Source: an uncultured archaeon
GTDB taxonomy: Archaea > Asgardarchaeota > Lokiarchaeia > Sigyniarchaeales > SOKP01
NCBI GenBank assembly: GCA_964486045.1
Contig: CAZALK010000002.1
Span: forward strand, 64,001 to 128,000
Reading direction: 5' to 3'
Length of the DNA: 64,000 bases
The translations under genes and the position numbers were made by a program. The notes beneath the pieces were generated by a model. It had not been told where the DNA came from. It searched no databases and worked only from the letters and a program-made list of their open reading frames with translations. The stretch's first letter is position 1, and each line of letters starts with the position of its first letter. Below, piece after piece: positions 19,614 through 29,911 of this stretch.

Positions 19614-22600
19614 ATGATTTCTAAAAAGAAAAATTTTTTTGAGAATTCTGATAACTTTATATCTCTCATTACTGAAGTGACAAACGATTTGCTAGTTGTA
19701 ACTCAAACTGATTATAACTTTAAAATTCAATTTATTAATGATTGTATCTTCTTGGAGAGATTAGGATATTCACGTAATTCAATAGAAGAAACTTCATTTT
19801 TGAATTTAATATATCTCGATGATGTTGAGAAAACAGTGAATTATTTAAAAAATAATATAAATTCTACGGCTCAATCACAAGAAATAAGAATCAAATCAAT
19901 GAAGGATAAATTTATTTGGGTTGAAATTACGGCAAAAAAATTTACTTATGGGGCTACTGATGAACAGATTTTGATAAATCTAAGAGATTTAACAAAACAA
20001 AAAGAAATTGAAGGTAAATTAAAAGAATCAAAACAAAAATTTGAAATATTTAACGAAAGATATCAGAATCTATTTAAAAATATGTTTGTAGGTTTCGCCT
20101 ATCACAAAATTATCGTGAATAAAGAGAATAAACCAATTGATTATGAATTCTTAGAAGCAAATCCTGCTTTTGAAAAACTTACTGGTTTAAAAGTAGATGA
20201 AATAGTTGGCAAGACTGTTAGAGAAATATTACCAGGAATAGAAAATGATCCTACAGATTGGATCGGGAAATATGGTAAGGTCGCACTATCGGGAATTCCA
20301 ATAACCTTTGAAAGCTATGCAGAACCTCTCGATCAGTGGTTTAGTATTACTGCATATTCCCCCAAAAACGAATATTTTGCTGTTATATTTACGAATATTA
20401 CTAAACACAAAAAAGCAGAATATGAGCTAAAGGAATCCGAAAACAAATTTAGGACCTTATTTGACAATGTTGGAGATTCTATAATAATTGTCGATCTTGA
20501 CAGTAATATACTTGAAGTTAATAAGACGGCATGCAAACACTTAGGATATTCTAAAGATGAATTGCTAAAAATGACACCAATGGATTTAGTGACTCCTGAA
20601 TATGCGGTACTTATTCTAAGTCGAATAAAAGAATTAACCCAAAAAGGTAGTGCTTTTTACGAGAGCATTACTGTTTCTAAGGACGGTGAAATACGTCCAG
20701 TTGAAATAAGTTCAAAAATTATTAATTATAAAAATGAAAAAGCAGTTCTTAGTGTAATTAGAGATATTACTGAACGAAATAGAGCAAAAGAAAAATTAAA
20801 AGAATCAGAAGAAAAATACCGATTAATTTCTGAAAATGCAAATGATATGATTGTAGTTCTAAATGATAAATTCGAATATGAATATCTTAATGAAAACATG
20901 CATAAACATTTATTAGGTTATTCAAAAAATGAGTTATTAGGAAAAACTCAATTGCATTTAATACATCCAGATGATTTAAAGCAAACAATCATTGCAACTA
21001 GTAGAATTTTAAGGAAAGGGAAAGGATCCCATCAAGTTAGGTTCTTACATAAGAATGGATCTTATAAGTGGTTAGAAATAACAGGCAAAACTTTTTTTGA
21101 TAGTAGAGGTGATAAAAAGGTTTTAGCAATATCAAGAGACATTACAGATCGTAAAGAAGTAGCAAAGAAATTAGAAGAATCAGAAGAAAAGTATCGATCC
21201 TTGTTTGAAAATATGAATGTTGGTTTTGCATATCATGAGGTCCTTGTTGATGACGAGAATAAACCTATCGATTACAAATATATTGAAGTAAATCCTGCCT
21301 TTGAGAAATTGACTTCCTTAAAAAAGGAAGATTTAATTGGGAAAACTGTTACTCAAGTATTACCTGGAATAAAGAATGATCCTGCAGATTGGATTGGTAA
21401 ATTCGGGAATGTTGGACTCACGGGAATTCCTTTAAATATAGAAGAATATTCAGAACCAATAAAAAAATGGTATAAAGTTTCAGGTTATTCTCCTAAGAGA
21501 CGGTTTTTTGCAGTAACGTTTACAGATATAACTGATCAAAAAGAAGTTGAAAGCAGAATCAGAGAATCTGAGGCTAAATATCATGATTTATTTGAAACAT
21601 CTCCTCTTGGAGTAATTCTTACTGATTTAAAAGGAGATATTATAGAATGCAATTCTGCTATCGAAGATATCACAGGATATCCGATTGAGAAATTCATTGG
21701 TAAAAACATCAGGGATTTAAGTATTTATTATGAAAATGGGCTTAAAGTCTTATTAGAAGGATTTAAAGACCTGTTAAACCAAAATAAATTGGAATATGTT
21801 GAGTTTCAGATAAAACATAGAAACAATCGATTAAGATGGGTTCAATTAAAGTCGAGAATCGTGAAAAGAAAGGAAGAAAGTTTCATTTTATCTGTTGTAA
21901 ATGATATTTCTACACAAAAAACGGCAGAAGAAGCATTAAAAGAAAGCGAAAAAAAATATAGAGACTTATTAGATAGTTCATCAATAGGTGTTATGGAAAT
22001 AGATGTCATAAACAACAGGATTTCCTATATTAATCCCAGATTATTAGCTATTATTGGTTATAAAAAAGAAGAATTAACAGGAGTGGCAATCCGTGATAAA
22101 ATTATCCATCCAAATGATTTAAGTAAATTAATCCCATCAAGTGAGGAAACAGATCTAGAATTTAGAATTATTGATAAATATGGAAATCTGAAATGGTTAA
22201 ATGGGAAGAAAATTCCTCACTTTGATGAGAATAAGGCTATAGTTAGTGTTAGATTTTGGCTAGATGATATTACTGAGAAAAAAATGTATGAAGAGCTTAT
22301 CTATGAGTTAAATATCAATTTCTTAAATTTTACCGCAGATATTAGAAATAATATAGAATTATTATTAAACACAGGGCTTAAATTACTAAATGGGGATCTT
22401 ATCCTGTATGCTCATAAGAATAGTTCAGATGGGGAAGAAAATTATCAGCTAATATCTTCAGATAATGAATCCCTTGTTTATACCCCTGAGGATTTTTTTG
22501 AGAATCTCTTTATAAGCGAGATCTTCAAGGAAGAACACGATTTTCCTCAATCATATTTTGATGTTGATAAAAAAAAATATGCAAGAACCGATCCATTTCT

Positions 22601-23513
22601 CAAAAAAAACGGAATTAAGGGTTGCTTTGGAAAAATTATCAGATCTCAAGACGACTTAGATAATGTTGTCTGTGTTTATTATAAAGAAAATCCTAAAATT
22701 ACTGGTCAAGATAAATTAGTAATGTTTTTAATTTGCGATGCAATCGAAATTGAACAAAGACGATGGCAAGTACAACAAGATTTAGAAAAACAAAACATTA
22801 CCTTAAATAAAATGAACCATTTGAAAACTGAGTTATTTTCGAGGACGTCTCATGAATTAAAAACTCCTTTGATATCAATTAAAGGCTTTACTGAACTTTT
22901 GCTAACACTCCATAAGTCTAAATTAGATACTGAAATGATATCAATTTTAGAAGAAATAAAAGAAGGCAGTAAACGTCTAGAAAAAACTATCAATTTGCTC
23001 CTTGAAGGTACGAAATTAGAAGCAGAACAATTAGAATTGAATCTTAGGGACGATGATTTAGCATTTCTAATAAAATTTTGCGTTAAGGAATTAAAGGGAC
23101 TCGCAACGCTTAGAAATCAAAATGTATCAATTAACTTACATGATGAATTAAAGACCGAATTCGACAAGGAAAGAATTTATGAGGTTATGTCAAATTTACT
23201 TCTTAATTCAATCAAGTATACACCACCAGGGGGAGTAATCTCAATTTTCTCTGAATCAAATGATAATTTTTATATAATTTCAATAAAAGACAACGGAATA
23301 GGATTTACAGAAGAAGAAAAAACCCAAGTTTTTAAGCAATTTGGAAAAATTGAACGTTACGGTCAAGGATGGGATGTTGCTATAGAAGGAACCGGTCTTG
23401 GGCTTTATATTACTAAAAAATTAGTTGAATTACATGGTGGAAAAATTTGGCTTGAATCGGAGGGAAGAAATAAAGGAAGTACATTCAAATTTTCCCTTCC
23501 AAGGAGAAATTGA
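19614..23513 (+). CDS. Multi-PAS sensor histidine kinase
   Basis: About 7 PAS repeats joined by LKESE linkers; SHELKTPL H-box, N box, DNGIG, GTGLGL; alternative GTG start at 19602. Confidence 0.93.
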   Translation: MISKKKNFFENSDNFISLITEVTNDLLVVTQTDYNFKIQFINDCIFLERLGYSRNSIEETSFLNLIYLDDVEKTVNYLKNNINSTAQSQEIRIKSMKDKFIWVEITAKKFTYGATDEQILINLRDLTKQKEIEGKLKESKQKFEIFNERYQNLFKNMFVGFAYHKIIVNKENKPIDYEFLEANPAFEKLTGLKVDEIVGKTVREILPGIENDPTDWIGKYGKVALSGIPITFESYAEPLDQWFSITAYSPKNEYFAVIFTNITKHKKAEYELKESENKFRTLFDNVGDSIIIVDLDSNILEVNKTACKHLGYSKDELLKMTPMDLVTPEYAVLILSRIKELTQKGSAFYESITVSKDGEIRPVEISSKIINYKNEKAVLSVIRDITERNRAKEKLKESEEKYRLISENANDMIVVLNDKFEYEYLNENMHKHLLGYSKNELLGKTQLHLIHPDDLKQTIIATSRILRKGKGSHQVRFLHKNGSYKWLEITGKTFFDSRGDKKVLAISRDITDRKEVAKKLEESEEKYRSLFENMNVGFAYHEVLVDDENKPIDYKYIEVNPAFEKLTSLKKEDLIGKTVTQVLPGIKNDPADWIGKFGNVGLTGIPLNIEEYSEPIKKWYKVSGYSPKRRFFAVTFTDITDQKEVESRIRESEAKYHDLFETSPLGVILTDLKGDIIECNSAIEDITGYPIEKFIGKNIRDLSIYYENGLKVLLEGFKDLLNQNKLEYVEFQIKHRNNRLRWVQLKSRIVKRKEESFILSVVNDISTQKTAEEALKESEKKYRDLLDSSSIGVMEIDVINNRISYINPRLLAIIGYKKEELTGVAIRDKIIHPNDLSKLIPSSEETDLEFRIIDKYGNLKWLNGKKIPHFDENKAIVSVRFWLDDITEKKMYEELIYELNINFLNFTADIRNNIELLLNTGLKLLNGDLILYAHKNSSDGEENYQLISSDNESLVYTPEDFFENLFISEIFKEEHDFPQSYFDVDKKKYARTDPFLKKNGIKGCFGKIIRSQDDLDNVVCVYYKENPKITGQDKLVMFLICDAIEIEQRRWQVQQDLEKQNITLNKMNHLKTELFSRTSHELKTPLISIKGFTELLLTLHKSKLDTEMISILEEIKEGSKRLEKTINLLLEGTKLEAEQLELNLRDDDLAFLIKFCVKELKGLATLRNQNVSINLHDELKTEFDKERIYEVMSNLLLNSIKYTPPGGVISIFSESNDNFYIISIKDNGIGFTEEEKTQVFKQFGKIERYGQGWDVAIEGTGLGLYITKKLVELHGGKIWLESEGRNKGSTFKFSLPRRN

Positions 23514-23674
23514 AAGTTTCCTCAAAATCCCAATTCCGTCTTATTTTAAATTTTTAATATTATCTGATAGTCAATAGAAGATTTAGAAGAATTGGACTCC
23601 TAATTTTTTTTAAAACTTGTTTTTTATTATTATATTGATGTTGATTTTATTAACCCTTTCCTGCAAAAATAAAG

Positions 23675-23920
23675 GTGAGAAGAATTAAAGGAGATAAGGA
23701 AGACCATGAACTAGAAGAGATAGAAGAAGTCAAAAAGTATTTTAAAAGAAACTATTCAATATTTTCAAAAAGAGTTCGAGAGTTACTAATGGATTTAGAG
23801 CTTCCTGAAAATAGAAAAAAACTTCTAATAAAGGAACTAGCTTTTTTACCAGAAAAAAAACAGATTAAATATATTGAAGAACTTTGCAGAATTTCCAACG
23901 TTAAAATTAGAGATTCTTAG
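23675..23920 (+). CDS. Hypothetical protein
   Basis: 81-aa charged helical ORF. Confidence 0.55.
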   Translation: MRRIKGDKEDHELEEIEEVKKYFKRNYSIFSKRVRELLMDLELPENRKKLLIKELAFLPEKKQIKYIEELCRISNVKIRDS

Positions 23921-24391
23921 ACGTTTCTTTTTTTAAAATTAAATTTTAAGAAAAGCATTTAATTTCTTGAATATTGGGGTTAAAAATAAAATATTTTTAT
24001 TAAAACAATATAAATTTAAAAAGTTGAGATGTAAATTAAAAGCCTTTCTTAATTTTAATGTCATTAAGTATGAGAAATAACTAAATTTGTATATTTTATT
24101 TTAAATTTCTTTAATTAATTTTTTATGATAAACTGTTTTACCCAAATTGAGGAGTTTTTGATTAAATTGAAACAAATTAGGAAGTAAAGTATATTACAAT
24201 TAAATACTAAAATCTTTACAACGAATATGATTATATGATTGAATTTGCTGAAAATCCAGTAAAAGAGAGATAATCTCTTCTATTGAAAAAAAAAAAATGG
24301 ACTTAGAAGTAAGTTTAATTCTGAAACCGAACAATTCAAATACTAAAAAAAATTTTAAAATAAAACAAATTTTATAAAAAGGATTTTCAAT

Positions 24392-25303
24392 ATGAAAAAG
24401 AGAATCATAGGAATATTATTTTTTTTTATAAGTGCCGTTACACTACTTTTCGTTCTAAACGCAACCGCAATCCCTCCTTATGGAAATGATCACAATTCTG
24501 CTTCATGTCATAATTCTCTCTCTGGAGCGTATACAATTACAACAAATACAACAGATATAATTACAGCAGATAATTCTTCAGTTATTAATATTGAAATAAC
24601 AGCCACAGGATCAAATTTATTTGTACAGGCTCGATTTAATGCAAAAGATAATGATGAGTTCGTAATTACAACTCTTAAACTAGAAGATAACACCGGATAT
24701 GATACAAATCCTAGTTTAAATGCAATGACAGTTGTTTTTAATATCACTACTCCAGCAACTGATGCTTATTACACTCTTTTTATCATAGCTGGAGATGACT
24801 TAGCTGGTCGGCCAGAGTTTGCTTATGCAAATATTGGGTTTAGTATAGGCGGAGTTCTTCCTCCGACAATTCCTATTGATTACATTGGAATAATTTTCTC
24901 TCACACAGCTAATTTTATTATAGGCGGAATAGCTATAATTACTCTCGCAGTTGGTACTGTCTTGTATTTAGTTAATCAAGAAAAATTCACTAAATCTCAT
25001 GGTCTTCTAGCTGGTACATCATTAATTTTCACGACAATCAACATAGTAGCAATAATTCCGTATTTAGCAAAACAGGGAGTCTTACTAGGTGTGGTTCAGT
25101 CATTACCCCTAACCTTTTTGCATATCATTTTAGGGACAATAGGATATGCAGCGGGAATCATAGCTTTTATAGCTGGGTTAAGCGGACATAGATCGAGAAT
25201 ATACGGTTTTATTGCTTTAGGTTGTTGGAGTTTTAATTATATACAAGGTTTTCTATCACTAATGGCTGCATTAAGTATAGTTCCAGCGGGGTTTATATTA
25301 TGA
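24392..25303 (+). CDS. Exported HxxxxCH Ig/Reeler-like domain fused to a 4-TM cytochrome b561-like domain (copy 2)
   Basis: Paralog of 12586 (ITATGSNLFVQ, TPATDAYYTLFIIAGD); HNSASCH; His in FSHT, KSHG, LHIILG, GHRSR. Confidence 0.65.
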   Translation: MKKRIIGILFFFISAVTLLFVLNATAIPPYGNDHNSASCHNSLSGAYTITTNTTDIITADNSSVINIEITATGSNLFVQARFNAKDNDEFVITTLKLEDNTGYDTNPSLNAMTVVFNITTPATDAYYTLFIIAGDDLAGRPEFAYANIGFSIGGVLPPTIPIDYIGIIFSHTANFIIGGIAIITLAVGTVLYLVNQEKFTKSHGLLAGTSLIFTTINIVAIIPYLAKQGVLLGVVQSLPLTFLHIILGTIGYAAGIIAFIAGLSGHRSRIYGFIALGCWSFNYIQGFLSLMAALSIVPAGFIL

Positions 25304-26781
25304 GTAAAACGAAATTTAAACTTTCAAGGAATCTCTCTGATATAAAGGCATCCTATTCAAAAATCAAAGAAGCAGGAATTGACTTCTCTCGCACATTATC
25401 CGAAAGGATTAGTTCAAGCGGTGATACAACTGGAACCCCATTTTATCATTTTCGGTGGAAACAACACTTTTTAGCTGATTATATAGCGTATCCTAAAAAC
25501 GATGAAGATATTATGAAGATAGTTCAATTGGCAAATGAATATACTATTTCAGTTACACCTAGAGGTGCTGGTAGCTGTTACTATGGATCTGGATCACCGA
25601 CTAATGGTGGTGTTGTAATTGATATGAAACGAATGAAAGAATGTCATATCAATAGAGATAACATGACCGCTACCGTTCAAACTGGTATCTGTTTCTCCCG
25701 ATTAATGGACCTTCTCGACGAACAGGATTTAGAATTAGGGTGTTATCCAACAAGCGCTCTTACAACAACCTTAGGTGGTTGGATTGGAACGGGGGGAGTA
25801 ATGGGTATTGGAACTTTACAAAATGGGCCTTTCTCAGATCAAATGGTTTCAATGAAAGTGGTAAGTCCAACAGGGGATTTAAAAGAATATGACAAAAAAG
25901 TTGATTTTGATCAATTTTTTGGTAGTAATGGAATTTTTGGAATAGTGACTGAAGTTGTATTAAAAGTCTTTCCTAAATCGAGAAAAATTGTTCCTCTTCT
26001 GCTTGGGTTTGAATCTCTGGGGGAATTATTAATGTCTATCAAAGATATACTTTCTAAAACAGACCCTTTTGTATTAAGGTTTTCAGATAAATATCATGAA
26101 TACAATTGTTCTGGTCTAAGTAGACACTCGCATTATATTTTTCTTTTATACAATGGGAGAAACAGGGATTTGGATGAAGATGTGAAAGAAGCTTTAAGGT
26201 TAGTAGAAAACTATAACGGAACTTTTTTAGGTAACAAGTTTTCAAACAGTACTTGGGATGATTATTTAAAACATGAATTAAAAATTAAACTTGAAACACC
26301 TGTCCAAATGCTTCAGCAAATTTATATTAATTTTGAAAAGACTGAATCCATTATTACCTATTTCGAAAAGTTGATAAAGAAAAATAAATTAAACCATTGC
26401 TTTTATGGGCTTATCAATAGAGATAATAATGTTAGACTTTGTCTTTATACCCCAACCGACAACGAATATTGGATGCATTTTATAGCAAGCAAGGCTGTTA
26501 TCAGTAGGGCTGTTAAATATGCATATAAGCTTGGTGGAAGAATTTATACTTACGGTCTTCAAAATACGATTTATTTACACAAATTCGAGAAAAATAAACT
26601 GAAGAGATTAAAAGAAAAAAAAGCAGAAGTTGATCCTAACTATATATTAAATCCACTTAAAATTGTGAAGTCAAAGATAAGTTTCTGGCGCGTCAATAGC
26701 ATGTTCGAGCTAATGTTGCGTTGGAGAAGGTGGGCTGTAAGACTAGGTCTTGCTAAAGAAATTCTAGTTCTAGATATATAA
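25300..26781 (+). CDS. FAD-binding oxidoreductase, GlcD family (copy 2)
   Basis: TPRGAGS, GGVVIDM, TLGGWIGTGG, GSNGIFGIVTE, DPNYILNP; ATGA overlap with the upstream gene. Confidence 0.88.
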   Translation: MSKTKFKLSRNLSDIKASYSKIKEAGIDFSRTLSERISSSGDTTGTPFYHFRWKQHFLADYIAYPKNDEDIMKIVQLANEYTISVTPRGAGSCYYGSGSPTNGGVVIDMKRMKECHINRDNMTATVQTGICFSRLMDLLDEQDLELGCYPTSALTTTLGGWIGTGGVMGIGTLQNGPFSDQMVSMKVVSPTGDLKEYDKKVDFDQFFGSNGIFGIVTEVVLKVFPKSRKIVPLLLGFESLGELLMSIKDILSKTDPFVLRFSDKYHEYNCSGLSRHSHYIFLLYNGRNRDLDEDVKEALRLVENYNGTFLGNKFSNSTWDDYLKHELKIKLETPVQMLQQIYINFEKTESIITYFEKLIKKNKLNHCFYGLINRDNNVRLCLYTPTDNEYWMHFIASKAVISRAVKYAYKLGGRIYTYGLQNTIYLHKFEKNKLKRLKEKKAEVDPNYILNPLKIVKSKISFWRVNSMFELMLRWRRWAVRLGLAKEILVLDI

Positions 26782-26804
26782 AATAAAGGGAAATTGAGCG
26801 AAAA

Positions 26805-28091
26805 ATGTCAAAAACAGAAGAAAAAAAAATACCAAAAACTAAGAAAAAAAAAGCAAAAAAGAAAATTTCAAAACGCTATATAAATTCAGTAGTTGAGGCT
26901 AGTAGTCCTTCTGAACAACGAATAAAATTTAAGGAATATTCAAATAATGACCTGATAAAAGCTTGTGCTAATTGCTCGATGTGCAGAGATGAATGCCCTA
27001 CTTATGTATCTCGAGAAGCAGAATCCTTTTATGCTGGTGGAAGAATGAGAATACTTAGAACGATTGTAGAACGTAATTTACCCATCACTGATGACTTTGT
27101 TGAAGCAATGTTTTTATGTACAACATGTAAACAATGCGAAGACATCTGTCCTATAGGTGTAAAATATGTGGATTTGATCGAAGAATTAAGAGCTGAACTT
27201 GTTCAAGAAGGGATAGGTCCTTACGGGAATCTAATCGGTTTTTCCAAAAGTATTTGTCTTAATAATAACCCGTACGGGGAACCCCCTTCTAAAAGAGCAG
27301 ATTGGGTTGAAGAAGGAATAAATGTAATTGAAAAAGGACCTTATGCTTATTTTGTTGGGTGTACATCTTCCTATAGAACACAAAGTGCAGCTGTAAGTAC
27401 TGGTAAGATTCTTACCAAAATTCTTGGAGGGATTGTATTACTTGGACCTGAAGAGGTTTGTTGCGGGAGCCCAATAATTCGGACTGGGCAAATTGACTTT
27501 CAATTAGAAATTGAAGAAGGAAAGTTTGTTCCTTTTACAGTTGAGGATTACATTACACGAAATATTGAAAATATCATAAAGAAGGAGGTAGAAGAAGTTA
27601 TCTTTTCTTGTTCTGGATGTTATAAAACCTCCACAGATGATTGGCCGAAATATTTTAGTAAAGACATTCCTTTTAAAAGAACTCATATATCACAATTCTT
27701 AGCTCGTTTAGTTGAACAAAACAAGATCCAATTCAAACCATTTAACAAAAAAGTCACATATCATGACCCTTGCCATCTAGGAAGACATCGAAAAGTCTAC
27801 GATGATCCGAGAACGGTATTACAAGCAATCCCAGAACTAGAGTTTATTGAAATGAGGAAAAATCGTAATCGGTCCAGATGTTGTGGTGCTGGTGGTGGAG
27901 TAAAGGCAGGATTCGCTGCAGATGCATTAAGTATTGCGACGGTTAGAGTTCAAGAGGCAATTGATGCTGGAGCAGATATTTTAGCTACTTCTTGTGTATT
28001 TTGCAAATATAACTTCTTAGACGCTAAAAAGGAAATGGGTGCCGACATCGAAATATTAAATATAGAGGATATCGTAGTAGATCTTTTATGA
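26805..28091 (+). CDS. GlcF/HdrD-like CCG Fe-S oxidoreductase (copy 2)
   Basis: CANCSMCRDECP, CTTCKQCEDICP, VCCG, YHDPCHLGR, RCCGAGGG. Confidence 0.92.
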   Translation: MSKTEEKKIPKTKKKKAKKKISKRYINSVVEASSPSEQRIKFKEYSNNDLIKACANCSMCRDECPTYVSREAESFYAGGRMRILRTIVERNLPITDDFVEAMFLCTTCKQCEDICPIGVKYVDLIEELRAELVQEGIGPYGNLIGFSKSICLNNNPYGEPPSKRADWVEEGINVIEKGPYAYFVGCTSSYRTQSAAVSTGKILTKILGGIVLLGPEEVCCGSPIIRTGQIDFQLEIEEGKFVPFTVEDYITRNIENIIKKEVEEVIFSCSGCYKTSTDDWPKYFSKDIPFKRTHISQFLARLVEQNKIQFKPFNKKVTYHDPCHLGRHRKVYDDPRTVLQAIPELEFIEMRKNRNRSRCCGAGGGVKAGFAADALSIATVRVQEAIDAGADILATSCVFCKYNFLDAKKEMGADIEILNIEDIVVDLL

Positions 28092-28395
28092 ATTTTCTGA
28101 GAGCAACTTAAAATAATTGATTTGAATTTCAATTCTTTATAATTTTTTTTTATTTCATTTGTCTTACAGATACAATAAACAAACCTATTTTACTTTCAAA
28201 TTAATATTGAAAAGTTTATCTAAAAAATTGGTACTTTTTAAAGAACTTAGATATAAGAATAAGCTCTCTCTTTTAAATTAGTTATAAAATTATTGTAACA
28301 ACTTTTTTATTAAAAAATACTTTATTTACTTAAAGATATTGAGATTATCAACAAAAACTTATTAATAATAAATTAAAAATCAAATTGATAATGCA

Positions 28396-28950
28396 ATGGA
28401 AAATATAAAATCTGATAAGATTGTTGAATTTACTGATGATTTAGCTGATTTACTGAGAGACGCTGGATATTTGGAAATTGGGGCATGCATAAGTTGCGGA
28501 ACTTGTACTGGTGGTTGCCCTTCTGGAAGACGAACCGCACTGAATACGAGAGCTTTAATAAGAAAAGCTCAATTAGGACTTGATGAAATCCTTTCAGATA
28601 AAGAGTTATGGTTCTGCTCAACATGTTATACCTGTTTAGAAAGATGTCCCCGAAGTGTACCAGTTACAGATGTAATAATTTATTTAAGAAACCTTGCTGT
28701 TCAAAGAGGTTTTATCCAAGAACCTCACCGAGTGTTATGCAAAATGTTTTATAATACAGGACACGGAGTTCCTATAAACGAAGAGAAATGGAACAAATTA
28801 AGAGAATACTATAAAATAAGCAGTATTCCTCCTACTACTCACAAATTTCCTAATGCTCAAAAAGAAGTTCAAACTCTTCTCAAAAGTACAGAGTTTGATA
28901 AACTTGTGGCTGTTGGAGATTTTGAAAAAAAAGCAGAGAATGGTGAATAG
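28396..28950 (+). CDS. hdrC: Heterodisulfide reductase subunit C
   Basis: CISCGTCTGGCPSG, LWFCSTCYTCLERCPR, TGHGVP. Confidence 0.95.
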   Translation: MENIKSDKIVEFTDDLADLLRDAGYLEIGACISCGTCTGGCPSGRRTALNTRALIRKAQLGLDEILSDKELWFCSTCYTCLERCPRSVPVTDVIIYLRNLAVQRGFIQEPHRVLCKMFYNTGHGVPINEEKWNKLREYYKISSIPPTTHKFPNAQKEVQTLLKSTEFDKLVAVGDFEKKAENGE

Positions 28951-28955
28951 AAATC

Positions 28956-29897
28956 ATGGTTTATAAGAAATTGAAGTATTCCCTTTTTTTAGGTTGCGTC
29001 ATTCCTAATAGATATTCTTTTATAGAAGCTGCTACAAGAAATGTTTTTGAAGAGTTAGGAATAGAATTGATCGATATGGATGGTGCATCTTGTTGTCCTG
29101 CACCAGGAGTGTTTCGAGGGTTTGATATAGATACATGGTTAGTAATAGGCGCAAGGAATATTAGTATTGCTGAAGAAAACGGAACAGACATCGCGCTGAT
29201 GTGTAATGGATGCTACGGAAGTTTACTTGACATAAATCATACATTAAAACATGATAAAAAAAAACTAAAAATGGTAAATCAACATCTTGCAAAAATCGGC
29301 AGGAAATTTCAAGGAACGTCAGAAATTAAACATGTAATGGATATTTTATATAATGATTATGGTGTAGACAGAATTAAAAAGCGAATGATCAACCCTTTGA
29401 ACTTAAATCTTGCTGTACATTACGGCTGTCATCTTTTAAAACCCTGTGAAATTCGACCTTGGGATAAGGAAGTTGAAGATCCACACTTTTTCGATGAGAT
29501 GGTAGAAACAACTGGGTGTAAAAGCTTAAATTACAAAGATAAACTGATGTGTTGTGGTGCCGGAGGTGGTGTAAGAGGTGCATTCAAGGAAGTTTCTCTC
29601 GATTTTACTAGAGAGAAATTAGAAAACATAGTTGCAAGTGGCGCTGATGCAATTATAACCGCTTGCCCATTCTGTCAATTACAACTTGACCTAGGTCAAT
29701 TAGAAGTAAATGGAATTTTTAAAGATAGAATTAATGCACCATTTAAAATTCCTGTAGTTTACTTTACTCAATTATTGGGTCTTGGGATGGGGATGACGAA
29801 TGATGAGCTTGGATTATTAAAAGAACATGATTTAGCAGGGGTTCCCCCATTTACTTCATTAGAACCTTTTTTACAAAAAATTGCTAAAAAAACATAA
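28956..29897 (+). CDS. hdrB: Heterodisulfide reductase subunit B
   Basis: FLGCVIPNRY, ASCCPAPG, CNGCYGSL, HYGCH, CCGAGGG, CPFCQLQ. Confidence 0.96.
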   Translation: MVYKKLKYSLFLGCVIPNRYSFIEAATRNVFEELGIELIDMDGASCCPAPGVFRGFDIDTWLVIGARNISIAEENGTDIALMCNGCYGSLLDINHTLKHDKKKLKMVNQHLAKIGRKFQGTSEIKHVMDILYNDYGVDRIKKRMINPLNLNLAVHYGCHLLKPCEIRPWDKEVEDPHFFDEMVETTGCKSLNYKDKLMCCGAGGGVRGAFKEVSLDFTREKLENIVASGADAIITACPFCQLQLDLGQLEVNGIFKDRINAPFKIPVVYFTQLLGLGMGMTNDELGLLKEHDLAGVPPFTSLEPFLQKIAKKT

Positions 29898-29911
29898 AAG
29901 GAGTTAAAAAT

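Noticed and set aside
4320-24180. Shared TTGAAACAA motif upstream of the 4457, ccmF and 24392 genes
   Set aside because: Short and AT-rich, also found inside mvhD (~32209); chance occurrence is plausible
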